From positions 1-58,330 of the forward strand of contig JBEIQP010000003.1 in NCBI GenBank assembly GCA_040376455.1: a stretch of DNA of 58,330 nt, written 5' to 3'. The notes below the pieces were generated by a model. The model did no database searches. It was not told where the DNA came from and was given only the letters and a program-made list of their open reading frames with translations. The position numbers and the translations under genes are program-made. Shown piece by piece: positions 19,291 to 28,954 of the stretch. Positions within the stretch are counted from its first letter, which is position 1; every line of letters begins with the position of its first letter. This DNA is from Planctomycetaceae bacterium. GTDB taxonomy: Bacteria > Planctomycetota > Planctomycetia > Pirellulales > UBA1268.

Positions 19291-19375
19291 GCCGCGCAAC
19301 GACCGGTGGTTTCTACCGCCGCCGGCATCGCATAGACTGACGGCTTCTCCGAACTCTGGTCCTGAAAGTGATGCG

Positions 19376-20071
19376 GTGGGAAATCCCGGCTCCACGCCAC
19401 AGCGCAAGCGGTTTGTCGCCATCTCCCCGGATGACGGCACAGCCATCGACCTGCGCAATCCGTTCCTGGCCGCCGCCCTCTCGTGGCTGGTGCCCGGCCT
19501 CGGGCAGCTCTACCAGGGCCGGATGCTGAAGGGGGGCCTGTTCATGGGCTCGCTGCTGACGGCGCTGGTCGTCGGCATGTGGCTCGGAGCGGGCCGGGTC
19601 GTCTACGCGTCGTGGCGGCCGGGCGAATCGCGGCTGGCCTACGTCGGACAGGCCGGAATCGGCGCGGTGGCGATTCCGGCCCTGATGCAGTCCGCGCGGC
19701 TCCACGGCGCCGCGAAGGAGCCGTGGTTCGCGAGCAGCTGGTTCGCCCCGCCCTTGCGGCCGGAGCAGCAGGTCACGCCCGCCTACGCGGCGGCGTTGGC
19801 GCGCGAGGGGGCCGGCGTTGACGCCGACGACTTCTTTGACCGGCCCCCCTACAAGCAGTTCCGGGGCGATCAACTCTCCCGCTGGCAGCGGCTTCTGGGC
19901 CGCAACTTCGAGATCGGCACGCTCTACACCGTGATCGCCGGCATGCTCAACCTGCTCGTGGTGCTCGACGCATTCGCGGGGCCGCTCCATCCTGCCGTCG
20001 AACCCGGCACCGACCAGCCGGCGGGTGCGGCCGGCCGCGCCGCGGGAAAGGGTCGGCGCAGCCCGGACTGA
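19376..20071 (+). CDS. Membrane protein, DUF6677-like
   Basis: IDLRNPFLAAALSWLVPGLGQLYQGR and EIGTLYTVIAGMLNLLVVLDA. GTG 19376 is in frame with ORF 18968..20071. Confidence 0.75.
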   Translation: MGNPGSTPQRKRFVAISPDDGTAIDLRNPFLAAALSWLVPGLGQLYQGRMLKGGLFMGSLLTALVVGMWLGAGRVVYASWRPGESRLAYVGQAGIGAVAIPALMQSARLHGAAKEPWFASSWFAPPLRPEQQVTPAYAAALAREGAGVDADDFFDRPPYKQFRGDQLSRWQRLLGRNFEIGTLYTVIAGMLNLLVVLDAFAGPLHPAVEPGTDQPAGAAGRAAGKGRRSPD

Positions 20072-20146
20072 CGCGCCACTGTTGGAACCATGCACGCGAC
20101 GCCGCCGAAGCGGGCGTCAACCCAGGGAAAAGGGGATTGAGATTCG

Positions 20147-20371
20147 ATGATCGAACCGCTGCTCGCAATCGTGTTGGCGCAACTGGCAGGCCGTGTGCCC
20201 GGCATCCTCTTCGGTCTGCCGCTGCTGGCGCTCGCCAGCCTGATCTTCGCCGCCACGCACCATGAAGACCCGGCGCAGATCGGCTTCGCCAGCGTTCACT
20301 GGGCGGTCTGGCTGGGAGGCATCCTCGGGATGGTGCTGGCCGCCGTCTTGCTGTTGGGCTGGATGGCCTGA
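20147..20371 (+). CDS. Small membrane protein (74 aa)
   Basis: Two to three hydrophobic segments with SLIFAATHHED. Follows the DUF6677-like gene; its 3' end overlaps the rlmN 3' end. Confidence 0.6.
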   Translation: MIEPLLAIVLAQLAGRVPGILFGLPLLALASLIFAATHHEDPAQIGFASVHWAVWLGGILGMVLAAVLLLGWMA

Positions 20372-21399
20372 ACCTCGAGCCGCCGCAACTGGCCGCACGC
20401 GGCGTTGATCCGCGCGCCTTTCCGACGGCGGACCTGCACGTTGACGCCCGCCTCGCGCAGCACGTCGAGGAAGCGGTCTCGGGCCGTGGCCGTCGGCTCC
20501 TTCCAGGGCATTCCCTGCACGGTGTTGTAGGGAATCACGTTCACGAGCGCCGCCCGCCCGCCGAGGAGGCGGACGAGCCGCCGCGCATCGTCCGCGGAGT
20601 CGTTCACCTCGCCGAGCAGCACGTATTCGAAGGTCAGCCGTCGTCCCGAGGCCTCCCAATAGCGGTCGGCGGCCGCCATTACCTCGGCGAGGCCGATCGA
20701 CTTGTTGACCGGCACCAGCCGCGTGCGGAGGGCGTCCTCGGCGGCGTGCAGCGAGACCGCGAGGTGATATCCCGGATTCTCGGCGGTCAGGCGATCGATG
20801 CCCTTCGGCAGGCCGACGGTGGAGATGGTGATCCGCCGCTGCGAGATGCCGAGCCCCTCGGGATGCTGCGCCTCGGCGAGCGCCGGCAGAAGCCGGTCGA
20901 GATTGGCGAGCGGTTCGCCCATGCCCATCACCACGATGTGGCTGATCCGCTCGCCCGCGGGGAGCAGCAGCGCCAACCGGAGCAACTGCTCGAGGATCTC
21001 GCCCGTGGAAAGGTTGCGGATGACGCCGTCGATCCCGCTCGCGCAAAACACGCAGCCCATCGCACAGCCCACCTGCGAACTGATGCACACCGTCCGCCGC
21101 TCGCCGTCGCGGAGCAGCACGCATTCGATTCGGTGGTCGTCCGCCAGGGCCAGCAGCAGCTTTTCGGTGCCGTCGTCGGCGCGATGGTGGGTCACGATCG
21201 ACGTCGTCCAGATGCGGAAGTCGGCCTCCAACTGCGGCCGCAGATCCTTCGGCAGGTCGGTCATCTCGGCGAACGACCGGGCCCGACGGCCGAACAACCA
21301 GCGCCGGATCGCCTTGGCCCGCCATCCCGGCTGCCCCCTGGCCTCCAGCCAGGCGGCCAGTTCGCCCCCCGCCTCGAGGACGTGGCCGGGCCCGGGCAT
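20296..21399 (-). CDS. rlmN: 23S rRNA/tRNA m2A methyltransferase (radical SAM)
   Basis: DGTEKLL, CISSQVGCAMGCVFCASG, VVMGMGEPLAN, ITISTVG, SLHA, FEYVL, INAACGQL. Alternative start at 21462. Confidence 0.96.
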   Translation of the reverse strand: MPGPGHVLEAGGELAAWLEARGQPGWRAKAIRRWLFGRRARSFAEMTDLPKDLRPQLEADFRIWTTSIVTHHRADDGTEKLLLALADDHRIECVLLRDGERRTVCISSQVGCAMGCVFCASGIDGVIRNLSTGEILEQLLRLALLLPAGERISHIVVMGMGEPLANLDRLLPALAEAQHPEGLGISQRRITISTVGLPKGIDRLTAENPGYHLAVSLHAAEDALRTRLVPVNKSIGLAEVMAAADRYWEASGRRLTFEYVLLGEVNDSADDARRLVRLLGGRAALVNVIPYNTVQGMPWKEPTATARDRFLDVLREAGVNVQVRRRKGARINAACGQLRRLEVQAIQPNSKTAASTIPRMPPSQTAQ

Positions 21400-21587
21400 G
21401 CCGGCCCCCGTGCGGGAAACCGCAGGCTCACCGGAGCGAGGCGAGGAGGATGCGTGATCCATGGGGGGTAGGGACGGGCCGGCGGTCGAGGGGCCAGCCG
21501 ATCCGGGATTCGGCTCTGGCGGCAGCGGGGTTTGCGGGGTAAATTTCCCGGTCCGGCCTGGGAAAGCATACCCCGCAGACGCCCGCC

Positions 21588-21803
21588 ATGAACCAGAAGC
21601 GATTCGAGGAACGCACGCAGTGGGTCTACGACGACCGGGCGTTTCCCGTGTGGAACCGGTCGTTCGACAAAAACGACCGCACCGAGATGATCCAGGATGA
21701 TCTCTGGGCGGGCCGCAGCATCGCCGTCCTCCTGGCCGTCCTGGTGGCGATCGGGCTGATCCTCTCCCTGGTGACCGTGGCTTTCGTGGCCAACTGGCGC
21801 TGA
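21588..21803 (+). CDS. Small hypothetical protein with C-terminal TM helix (71 aa)
   Basis: Coding-like codon usage, charged N-terminus and hydrophobic C-terminus. Fills the gap before ispE. Confidence 0.65.
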   Translation: MNQKRFEERTQWVYDDRAFPVWNRSFDKNDRTEMIQDDLWAGRSIAVLLAVLVAIGLILSLVTVAFVANWR

Positions 21804-21908
21804 GGCGGTGGCCTTTGCCACCCCCGCCCCGGGGAGGTACACTCCGGACTGCTGGGCAACGGGGAGGGCGGTCACAGGAGCTGTCGGCACACATGCCGGC
21901 GACGCACC

Positions 21909-22895
21909 ATGGCTGGGCAACCGGGTTTCGCGGGCTTGGATGACGACGCGATCGTCGTTCGCGCCCCCGCGAAGTTGAACCTGTCGCTCGCGGTGCTGGA
22001 CCGGCGGGCCGATGGCTTCCACGACATCGAATCGCTGATGGTGCCGGTGACGCTGCACGACACGCTGCGCGTGCGGCCGCAGCCGGCCGGAATCACGCTG
22101 CGCATGCGATTCGGCGGCCAACTCGCCCGTGCGGGCGCGTCGGCCTTGGCCCGCGACGTGCCGACCGATGCTTCCAACCTCGTGGTTCGCGCCGCTCGAG
22201 CGCTGGCAGACGAGGCGGGAATCGACGTCGGCCTCGATATCGAGCTGGTGAAGGAGATTCCTTCGGGCGCGGGGCTGGGCGGTGGCTCGAGCGACGCGGC
22301 GGCGGTCCTGCTGGCCGCCTCGCGGTCATGGGGCCTGCACTGGCCGCGCGAGCGGCTCGCCGCGATCGGCGCGCGGATCGGCAGCGATGTTCCCTGGTTC
22401 TTCGCGGGACGATCCGCGATCGCCTCGGGCCGTGGCGAGCGTATCGAACCGGTGGACGATGTGCCGCCCTTGTCGGCGGTGATCGCCTGCCCTGCGGCCG
22501 GCCTGTCCACCGCCGCCGTCTACGCGCAGTGCACGCCCGACGCGGCGCGACGCGGCGATGCGCACCGCCTCGCGGCCGCCTTGGCCCGCGGCGGCCTGCG
22601 GGGCGCGGCGGCCTTCATGCACAACGCCCTCGAGGAGCCGGCACGGCGACTCTGCCCGGATGTCGATCGCCTGCTCGCCGCCCTCGGGCGGGCCGGCGCC
22701 GTCCAGCCCCGGCTCACCGGCAGCGGCAGTGCGTGCTTCGCGCTGGCCCGGACGGCAGCCGAGGCGCGCGGCATCGCCGTCCGCCTGGCGGCGCAGCGTG
22801 ACGCGGGCGATCCGCTCTGGCCGGGTGTCTTCGTCGTGCGGTTGGCATGGCCTGGCTTGCCGGCGGATCGATTGAAACAGGTCGCTTGGGGCTGA
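21909..22895 (+). CDS. ispE: 4-diphosphocytidyl-2-C-methyl-D-erythritol kinase
   Basis: [50 protein letters not shown]. Confidence 0.96.
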   Translation: MAGQPGFAGLDDDAIVVRAPAKLNLSLAVLDRRADGFHDIESLMVPVTLHDTLRVRPQPAGITLRMRFGGQLARAGASALARDVPTDASNLVVRAARALADEAGIDVGLDIELVKEIPSGAGLGGGSSDAAAVLLAASRSWGLHWPRERLAAIGARIGSDVPWFFAGRSAIASGRGERIEPVDDVPPLSAVIACPAAGLSTAAVYAQCTPDAARRGDAHRLAAALARGGLRGAAAFMHNALEEPARRLCPDVDRLLAALGRAGAVQPRLTGSGSACFALARTAAEARGIAVRLAAQRDAGDPLWPGVFVVRLAWPGLPADRLKQVAWG

Positions 22896-22898
22896 TGG

Positions 22899-22914
22899 GT
22901 GCGGCGCGCCGCAC
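22899..22914 (+). terminator. Perfect 16-bp palindrome just after ispE
   Basis: gtgcggcgcgccgcac followed by tcgggtttt. Confidence 0.4.
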
Positions 22915-22995
22915 TCGGGTTTTGGGGAACGGTTGACGATCGCTGCGAAGGGGTCGGCCTGGGGAGGCACGGCCACTTCGCCAAGGGGGGGCACC

Positions 22996-23436
22996 ATGCA
23001 CATCACCGAAGTGCGGATCAAGCTGGTGGAGAACGCGGCGGAACGGCTCTTTGCCTTCTGCTCGATCACGATCGACGCCGCGTTCGTGGTTCGGGACCTG
23101 AAGATCATCGGCGGCCCGAGCGGCCCCTTCGTGGCGATGCCGAGCCGCAAGCTCTGCGCGCACTGCCACTCCTGCGGATTCAAAAACCCGCTCCGGGCCG
23201 GATTCTGCAACCAGTGCGGCTCCAAGTTGTCGGGGGGAAACCTGCCGCGCGACGACGACGGTCGCCTGCGGCTCTATGCCGACATCGCGCATCCGATCAA
23301 CGCCGCCTGCCGGGAATTGATCCAGAACCGGGTCGTCAGCGAATACGAAGCCGAGCTGATCCGTGCGAAAGAGCCGGGCTACGTCTCCCGCTACGACGCC
23401 ATCGGTGACGAGGAGCACCGGCCGCCGCGCCGCTGA
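22996..23436 (+). CDS. spoVG: SpoVG family nucleic-acid-binding protein with Zn-ribbon insertion
   Basis: [34 protein letters not shown] insert, YADIAHPIN. Confidence 0.93.
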   Translation: MHITEVRIKLVENAAERLFAFCSITIDAAFVVRDLKIIGGPSGPFVAMPSRKLCAHCHSCGFKNPLRAGFCNQCGSKLSGGNLPRDDDGRLRLYADIAHPINAACRELIQNRVVSEYEAELIRAKEPGYVSRYDAIGDEEHRPPRR

Positions 23437-23481
23437 CCGGGCTCCGGCCGCGCCCTGACGGCCGGCACCCCCGCGGTGCGG

Positions 23482-24339
23482 CTAGCGCCGCACGAGCGCA
23501 TGAAAATCGTGCGTCAGCCGGGTGGTGATCGGGCCCGGGATTCCGGCGCCGATTTTCCGGCCGTCGATGTCCACCACCGGGATCACCTCGGCGGCGGTGC
23601 CGGTCAGAAAGCATTCGTCCGCGGTGTAGAGATCGTGCCGCACGAGGGTGGCCTCGCGGCAGTCGATGCCGGCCGCGCGGGCCAGCTCCATCACCGCGTT
23701 CCGCGTGATCCCCTCGAGGATGCCCGCGTCGGGCGGGGGCGTGAGCAGCGTGCCCCCGCGGACGACGAACACGTTGTCGCCCGTGCACTCGGCGACCTCG
23801 CCCTTGTGGTTGAGCATCAGCGCCTCGACGCAGCCGGCCTGCAGACCCTCCAGCTTCGCCATGATGTTGTTGAGGTAGTTGAGCGACTTGATCCGCGGCG
23901 AGAGCGCCGCCGATTGCGTTCGCTGCGTCGCCGCGGTCACGATCCGCAGGCCCTTCTCGTAAAACTCGCGCGGATAGAGGCTGATCGTATCGGCGATCAC
24001 GATCACCTGCGGGTGCTTCGTGCGGTTGGGATCGAGACCCAGCGAGCCGGCCCCGCGCGTCACCACCAGCCGGACGTAGCCGTCGGTGAGCTTGTTCGCC
24101 GCGAGCGTGTCGTTCACCGCCTTGGCGACCACATCCTTCGCGAGCGGAATCTCCAGGCAGATCGCGCGGGCGCTGGCGTAGAGGCGGTCGAGGTGGGCGT
24201 CGAGCCGGAACACGCGGCCGGAATAGCTGCGCAGCCCTTCGAACACCCCGTCGCCATAGAGGAGCCCGTGATCGAACACGCTGACGCGGGCCTCGTCCTC
24301 GGGGACGAGCCGGTCGTTCATGAAAACAATGCGAGGCAT
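23482..24339 (-). CDS. ilvE: Branched-chain amino acid aminotransferase
   Basis: SVFDHGLLYGDGVFEG, IKSLNYLNN, ECTGDNVF, ILEGITR, FLTGTAAEV. Confidence 0.95.
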   Translation of the reverse strand: MPRIVFMNDRLVPEDEARVSVFDHGLLYGDGVFEGLRSYSGRVFRLDAHLDRLYASARAICLEIPLAKDVVAKAVNDTLAANKLTDGYVRLVVTRGAGSLGLDPNRTKHPQVIVIADTISLYPREFYEKGLRIVTAATQRTQSAALSPRIKSLNYLNNIMAKLEGLQAGCVEALMLNHKGEVAECTGDNVFVVRGGTLLTPPPDAGILEGITRNAVMELARAAGIDCREATLVRHDLYTADECFLTGTAAEVIPVVDIDGRKIGAGIPGPITTRLTHDFHALVRR

Positions 24340-24379
24340 GGCACCTTCCTGCCGGTCGGGACACCGACCACGTCCACCG

Positions 24380-25114
24380 TCACCCTGCGCGCCGGGCAGC
24401 ACACGCACCGGCATCCTCGACGCGGCCCGCCGCCAGCCGCACGATCCGGTCGGCCCGCCTGGCGATGGCCGCATCGTGGGTGACGAGCACTATAGAAAGG
24501 CCGTCCTCGCGGTTCAACTCGCAGAGCGTGTCGAGAATTCCGGCTCCGGTAGCCTCGTCCAGATTGCCCGTCGGCTCGTCGGCGAGCAGCACGCGCGGCT
24601 GCGTCACGAGGGCCCGGGCGATGGCCACCCGTTGCATCTCGCCCCCCGACAGCTGCCGCGGGCGGTGCCGGAGTCGGCCCCCGAGGCCAAACCGCTCGAG
24701 GAGCCCCCGGGCGCGGTCGCGGGCCTCGGCCCGCACGCGGAACCAGTCGAAGACCCCGTGCCGCACCATCAGCGGCGCCAGGACATTCTCCAGGGCGTCG
24801 AGCTCGGGCAGCAGGTGATAGGCTTGAAACACCATGCCGATGGCGTCGTTGCGCAGCCGGTCGCGCTTCGCGGCGGACAGGTTGTCGATCCGCTCGCCAC
24901 CGAGGAAGACCTCCCCGGAATCGGGCGCGTCGAGCAGGCCCATCAGGTGGAGGAGCGTGCTCTTGCCGGAGCCGCTCTGGCCGACCACGGCCACGAAGCC
25001 TCCCGGCTCCAGGTCGAAATCGACGCCGCGGAGCACCTCGAGCATGCCGTCGCCCGAGCGGTAGCTCTTCCGCAGGTCGCGCACCTGCACCAGGCCGGAG
25101 CCGTGTTCAGTCAT
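24380..25114 (-). CDS. lolD: Lipoprotein-releasing ABC transporter ATP-binding protein
   Basis: GQSGSGKSTLL, LSGGEMQRVAIARAL, ADEPTGNLD, VTHD. Lies directly downstream of lolC/E. Confidence 0.9.
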   Translation of the reverse strand: MTEHGSGLVQVRDLRKSYRSGDGMLEVLRGVDFDLEPGGFVAVVGQSGSGKSTLLHLMGLLDAPDSGEVFLGGERIDNLSAAKRDRLRNDAIGMVFQAYHLLPELDALENVLAPLMVRHGVFDWFRVRAEARDRARGLLERFGLGGRLRHRPRQLSGGEMQRVAIARALVTQPRVLLADEPTGNLDEATGAGILDTLCELNREDGLSIVLVTHDAAIARRADRIVRLAAGRVEDAGACAARRAG

Positions 25115-26720
25115 GGCGCAGGGCCTCCACGGGATGCAGCCGGGCGGCCCGCAGCGCGGGAAGCACGCTCGACGCGACCGCGATCGCCACCGCGCCCGCG
25201 ATGATCCACGCGATCGTGAAGGCATCGATGAGCGTGGGGATCTTGAAGAAGTAGTAGATCGACGGATCGAACACCCGCTGGCCCGTCAGCCACTCGACGC
25301 CGGCCCGGATTTGGTTGATGTTGCGGACGATCGCCAGCCCCAGCACGAGACCGACGCCCGCGCCGACGAGGCCGAGAAAGAGCCCGTAGCCGAGGAAGAT
25401 GCCCGCGATCCCGGCCGAGCCGGCCCCGAGCGACTTGAGGACGCCGATGTCGCGAGTCTTCTCCACGACGATCATGAAGAAGATGGCGAGGATCCCGAAG
25501 CCCGCCACGGCGATGATCAGGAAGAGGAGGATGTTGAGCACCGACATCTCCATGTCCACGGCGGACAGCAGCGGCCCCTGCTTGTCGCGCCAGCTCGAGA
25601 CGGCGTAGAGCTCGGCGGGAAACGCCCGCCGGAGTCGGTCGCGGACGGCGTTGAGGTCGGCGCCGGGCGCGAGCTTGATCTGGATCGAATTGACCGACGG
25701 CACCCCCGACTGGGGATCGATCATCCCGCGCATCCGCTGCAGCTGCGCGATCGGCACGAAGACGAAGTTCGAGTCGTACTCGCTCATCTTGCTCTCGTAG
25801 AAATCGACGATCGTGAAGGTGTCGCTCACCGCCTTCGGCGGGGTGCCGGCGGTCGGAAACGTGATCTTCACGTCGTCACCGGGCAGCGCCAGAAACCGAT
25901 CGACGCCACTCTGGTCGCGGAAACTCGCCAGCCCGATCCCGGGCACGATGCCGGTAAACTGCTCCCGCGCCGGGTCCATCGCGGTGCCCTCCTGCGGACG
26001 GGCCGCCTGGAACGGGTCGGCCGGCCGGGGGGCGGCGGCGGCCGGTTCGGCGTCGGGGGATGCCGGGCTCGTCGCGGCCAGGACCGCATCCACCTGCTGA
26101 TCGACCGGCCGCGTCGGGCCCGCCGCGTCGGCCACCGCCGCGGGCTGCGCGCCCTGCCGCTCCCGATAGAGCCGCTCGCGTTCGGCCCGCATCCGCCGGT
26201 GCGGCCAGCCGGCCCCCTCGAGCGCCGGCCGCGTCGGCTCCGGGGAGGGCACGTCGGCCTGGCTGTCGATGGTGTCGTAGCCCCCCTCGTGCAGTTGAAA
26301 CGACAACTGCCGCCGGTTGTCGGGGTGCTGCAGATAGCGGCCGAAATCGCTCACCTGGGCATGGGTCGCCTCGTCGATGCCGATGAACATGATCTGCCTG
26401 GTGATCCACTGGCCGCGGACCTGGAAGTTGAGCATCGCGGGCACCGCCACGGTCGGCGTCATGCCGGCGATGTCGCTTCCCCCGGCACGGCGGATCTCCG
26501 CCATGTGCCAAGCGGGATCCTGGAAGCCGGAGAGGGAATGACTCTCGAACACGAGGTCGGAGAGGATCCCGTGAATGCGGGTCTGCATCTCGTGGGAGAA
26601 GCCCGCCATCACGGCGTTGACCACGATCATCGTGGCCACGCCGAGCGTCACGCTCACGATGCTCGCCAGGGCGATCCACCGGGTGCGGAGATAACGCCAG
26701 CAGAGGAGGAGCTTGTACAT
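25107..26720 (-). CDS. lolE: Lipoprotein-releasing ABC transporter permease (LolC/E, FtsX family)
   Basis: RYLRTR, VTLGVATMIVVNAVMAGF, VVEKTRDIGVLKSLGA, PALRAARLHPVEALR. Confidence 0.9.
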   Translation of the reverse strand: MYKLLLCWRYLRTRWIALASIVSVTLGVATMIVVNAVMAGFSHEMQTRIHGILSDLVFESHSLSGFQDPAWHMAEIRRAGGSDIAGMTPTVAVPAMLNFQVRGQWITRQIMFIGIDEATHAQVSDFGRYLQHPDNRRQLSFQLHEGGYDTIDSQADVPSPEPTRPALEGAGWPHRRMRAERERLYRERQGAQPAAVADAAGPTRPVDQQVDAVLAATSPASPDAEPAAAAPRPADPFQAARPQEGTAMDPAREQFTGIVPGIGLASFRDQSGVDRFLALPGDDVKITFPTAGTPPKAVSDTFTIVDFYESKMSEYDSNFVFVPIAQLQRMRGMIDPQSGVPSVNSIQIKLAPGADLNAVRDRLRRAFPAELYAVSSWRDKQGPLLSAVDMEMSVLNILLFLIIAVAGFGILAIFFMIVVEKTRDIGVLKSLGAGSAGIAGIFLGYGLFLGLVGAGVGLVLGLAIVRNINQIRAGVEWLTGQRVFDPSIYYFFKIPTLIDAFTIAWIIAGAVAIAVASSVLPALRAARLHPVEALRHD

Positions 26721-26862
26721 GCGGAGCGGGCCCGGTGGAGCGAGGGGCCGGGAAAGTACCAGCGCCCCGCCGGATCACCAACCCCGGAATCCCGCCTCGT
26801 TTGCCCGGTCTGCGCCGTCCCGCCGCCGGGAAGCCGCCGGCGGCGGCTCGGCGCGGGGTCGG

Positions 26863-28371
26863 TCAGCGTGGCCGATGGATCGGAAAGAGAATCACGTCGC
26901 GGATCGACGGGGCGGCCGTGAGAAACATCACCAGCCGGTCGATGCCGATGCCCAGCCCCCCGGCCGGCGGCATGGCATGCCGCAGGGCCCGGATGAAGTC
27001 GGTGTCCATGCGGGCCATCGACTCGTCGGCCGCCAGGCCCGCGAGCTGCGTGCGGAAGAGCTCCTCCTGCAAATCCGGATCGTTGAGCTCGGTGTAGGCG
27101 TTGGCCAGTTCCATGCCCGACACGTAGAGCTCGAACCGCTCGGCGATCCGCGGGTCGTCCGCCTTGCGCTTCGTGAGCGGGCAGACGGCCGCCGGATAGT
27201 CGATCACGAACACCGGGCCGGCGAGCGTCTCCTCGACCTTCGCCTCGAAGAGGTCGCTCTTGACCACGTCGGGATGACGACCGGCCGTTTCGATGCCACA
27301 GGCCGCGGCGGCCGCGGCGACGCTGGCGGGATCGGCCGGATCGCAGCCGGTCACCTCGGCCAGCAGGTCATCGTATTTCGCGCGGCGAAACGGGGGCGTG
27401 AGATCGACCGTGCGGCCCATCCACTCGAAGCGCGTCGGCGTGCCGGCTTCCTTCGCCGCCTCCAGCAGGATCGCCTCGGTGAGATCCATCATGCTGTGGT
27501 AGTCGCCGTAGGCCTCGTAGGCCTCGAGCATCGTGAACTCCGGGTTGTGCCTCGGGCTCACGCCTTCGTTCCGGTAGACGCGCCCCAGTTCGAAGACCCG
27601 CTCCAGCCCGCCGACCAGAAGCCGCTTGAGGTGCAGCTCCAGCGCGATGCGCAGCACGAGCGGCATGTCGAGCGCGTTGTGGTGCGTCTTGAACGGCCGG
27701 GCCGCCGCGCCGCCGGCGCTCTCCTGGAGCGTCGGCCCCTCCACCTCGAGGTAGCCGCGGTCCGCGAGCACGCGGCGAACCGCCGCCACGATCCGGCTGC
27801 GGGCCACGAAGCGGTCGCGGACACCCTCGCCGTGGATGAGGTCGAGGTATCGCATCCGCTGCCGCAGGTCGGCATCGACGAGGCCGTGGTACTTGTCCGG
27901 CGGCGTCTCCAGCGACTTGGCGAGAAACTCGATGCCGGAGGCGAAGACGGTCATCTCGCCGGTCTTCGAATGGCCGAGCCGCCCGTCGATGCCGATCAGG
28001 TCGCCGAGGTCGAGGCAATCGACCACCTTCCAGGCCTCGGGCCCCACCTGCTTCTTGCCGAGCATGATCTGGATTCGGCCGGTGCGGTCGTGAAGGTCGA
28101 TGAAGACGAGGCTGCCCGCGCTGCGCAGGAGCATGATCCTGCCCGCGACGCGGACCGTCGGCCCCGTGTCGCTGGCCGTGTCGAGCCCGTCCCCCTGCGA
28201 CCGCACGTCCGCCAGCGGCGTCACGCCGTCGAACCGCCGCCCCCAGGGATCGATCCCGAGCGCCCGGAGCCGGTCGAGCTTGTCGCGGCGGGCCTTTTCG
28301 AGCGCCGCGCCGGTGCCTTTGGGGGCGTTCGAATCGGAAGGATTGTCGATGGAGTTGGAAGGTTCGGCCAT
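26863..28371 (-). CDS. lysS: Lysine--tRNA ligase (class II)
   Basis: VAGRIM, RQRMRYLDL, GGAAARPFKTHHNAL, YRNEG, HNPEFTMLE, ELANAYTELNDP, GLGIGIDRL. Confidence 0.98.
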   Translation of the reverse strand: MAEPSNSIDNPSDSNAPKGTGAALEKARRDKLDRLRALGIDPWGRRFDGVTPLADVRSQGDGLDTASDTGPTVRVAGRIMLLRSAGSLVFIDLHDRTGRIQIMLGKKQVGPEAWKVVDCLDLGDLIGIDGRLGHSKTGEMTVFASGIEFLAKSLETPPDKYHGLVDADLRQRMRYLDLIHGEGVRDRFVARSRIVAAVRRVLADRGYLEVEGPTLQESAGGAAARPFKTHHNALDMPLVLRIALELHLKRLLVGGLERVFELGRVYRNEGVSPRHNPEFTMLEAYEAYGDYHSMMDLTEAILLEAAKEAGTPTRFEWMGRTVDLTPPFRRAKYDDLLAEVTGCDPADPASVAAAAAACGIETAGRHPDVVKSDLFEAKVEETLAGPVFVIDYPAAVCPLTKRKADDPRIAERFELYVSGMELANAYTELNDPDLQEELFRTQLAGLAADESMARMDTDFIRALRHAMPPAGGLGIGIDRLVMFLTAAPSIRDVILFPIHRPR

Positions 28372-28546
28372 GGAGGTGAAATCTGGGGGGTCCGCGCGGA
28401 GGCACCGACACCGGAGCCGCCAGGATGCACGGGGAAGTCGGGATTGTCGGCTTTGGTCACGGTTTGGAGAAGGGCCATTCCGGGCTGCGCACCAAATCCG
28501 CTAGAAACCTCCGGTCCAGCCGCTCCATCGCCCCGCGGTTCCGCCC

Positions 28547-28924
28547 ATGAACGCCCCCACTCACGACCGGCCCCAGCTCTTCAGCGTCGAGTTGCGGACC
28601 GCGCACTGGACCGACCTGGTGGACTGGTATCGCAACGTGCTCGGGCTGCGGGTGCTCGTCCGCGTGGTGGACGACGGCTACGCCCTCTTCGAGGCGGGCG
28701 ACACGCGGCTGGCGATCCTGAGCCGGCCCGCTGCCGGCGAGGCGAGCGGCCGCTGGAGCCTCGGCTTCGAGGTGGCCGATCTCGATCGGGTGCAGGCCCG
28801 GCTCGCGGCGACCGGCGCGGTCATCGACGGCCCGAGCGTGCACAGCGAGGGGTTTCGGGAGCTGGTGCTCGCCGATCCGGACGGCAACCGCATCCGCGTC
28901 TTCTCCTGGCCGCAACCCCACTGA
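28547..28924 (+). CDS. VOC/glyoxalase family protein
   Basis: WYRNVLGL, GFEVADLD, DPDGNRI. Confidence 0.88.
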   Translation: MNAPTHDRPQLFSVELRTAHWTDLVDWYRNVLGLRVLVRVVDDGYALFEAGDTRLAILSRPAAGEASGRWSLGFEVADLDRVQARLAATGAVIDGPSVHSEGFRELVLADPDGNRIRVFSWPQPH

Positions 28925-28954
28925 CGCCCCCCGCGGCGGCGGCGATCCGCCGGG

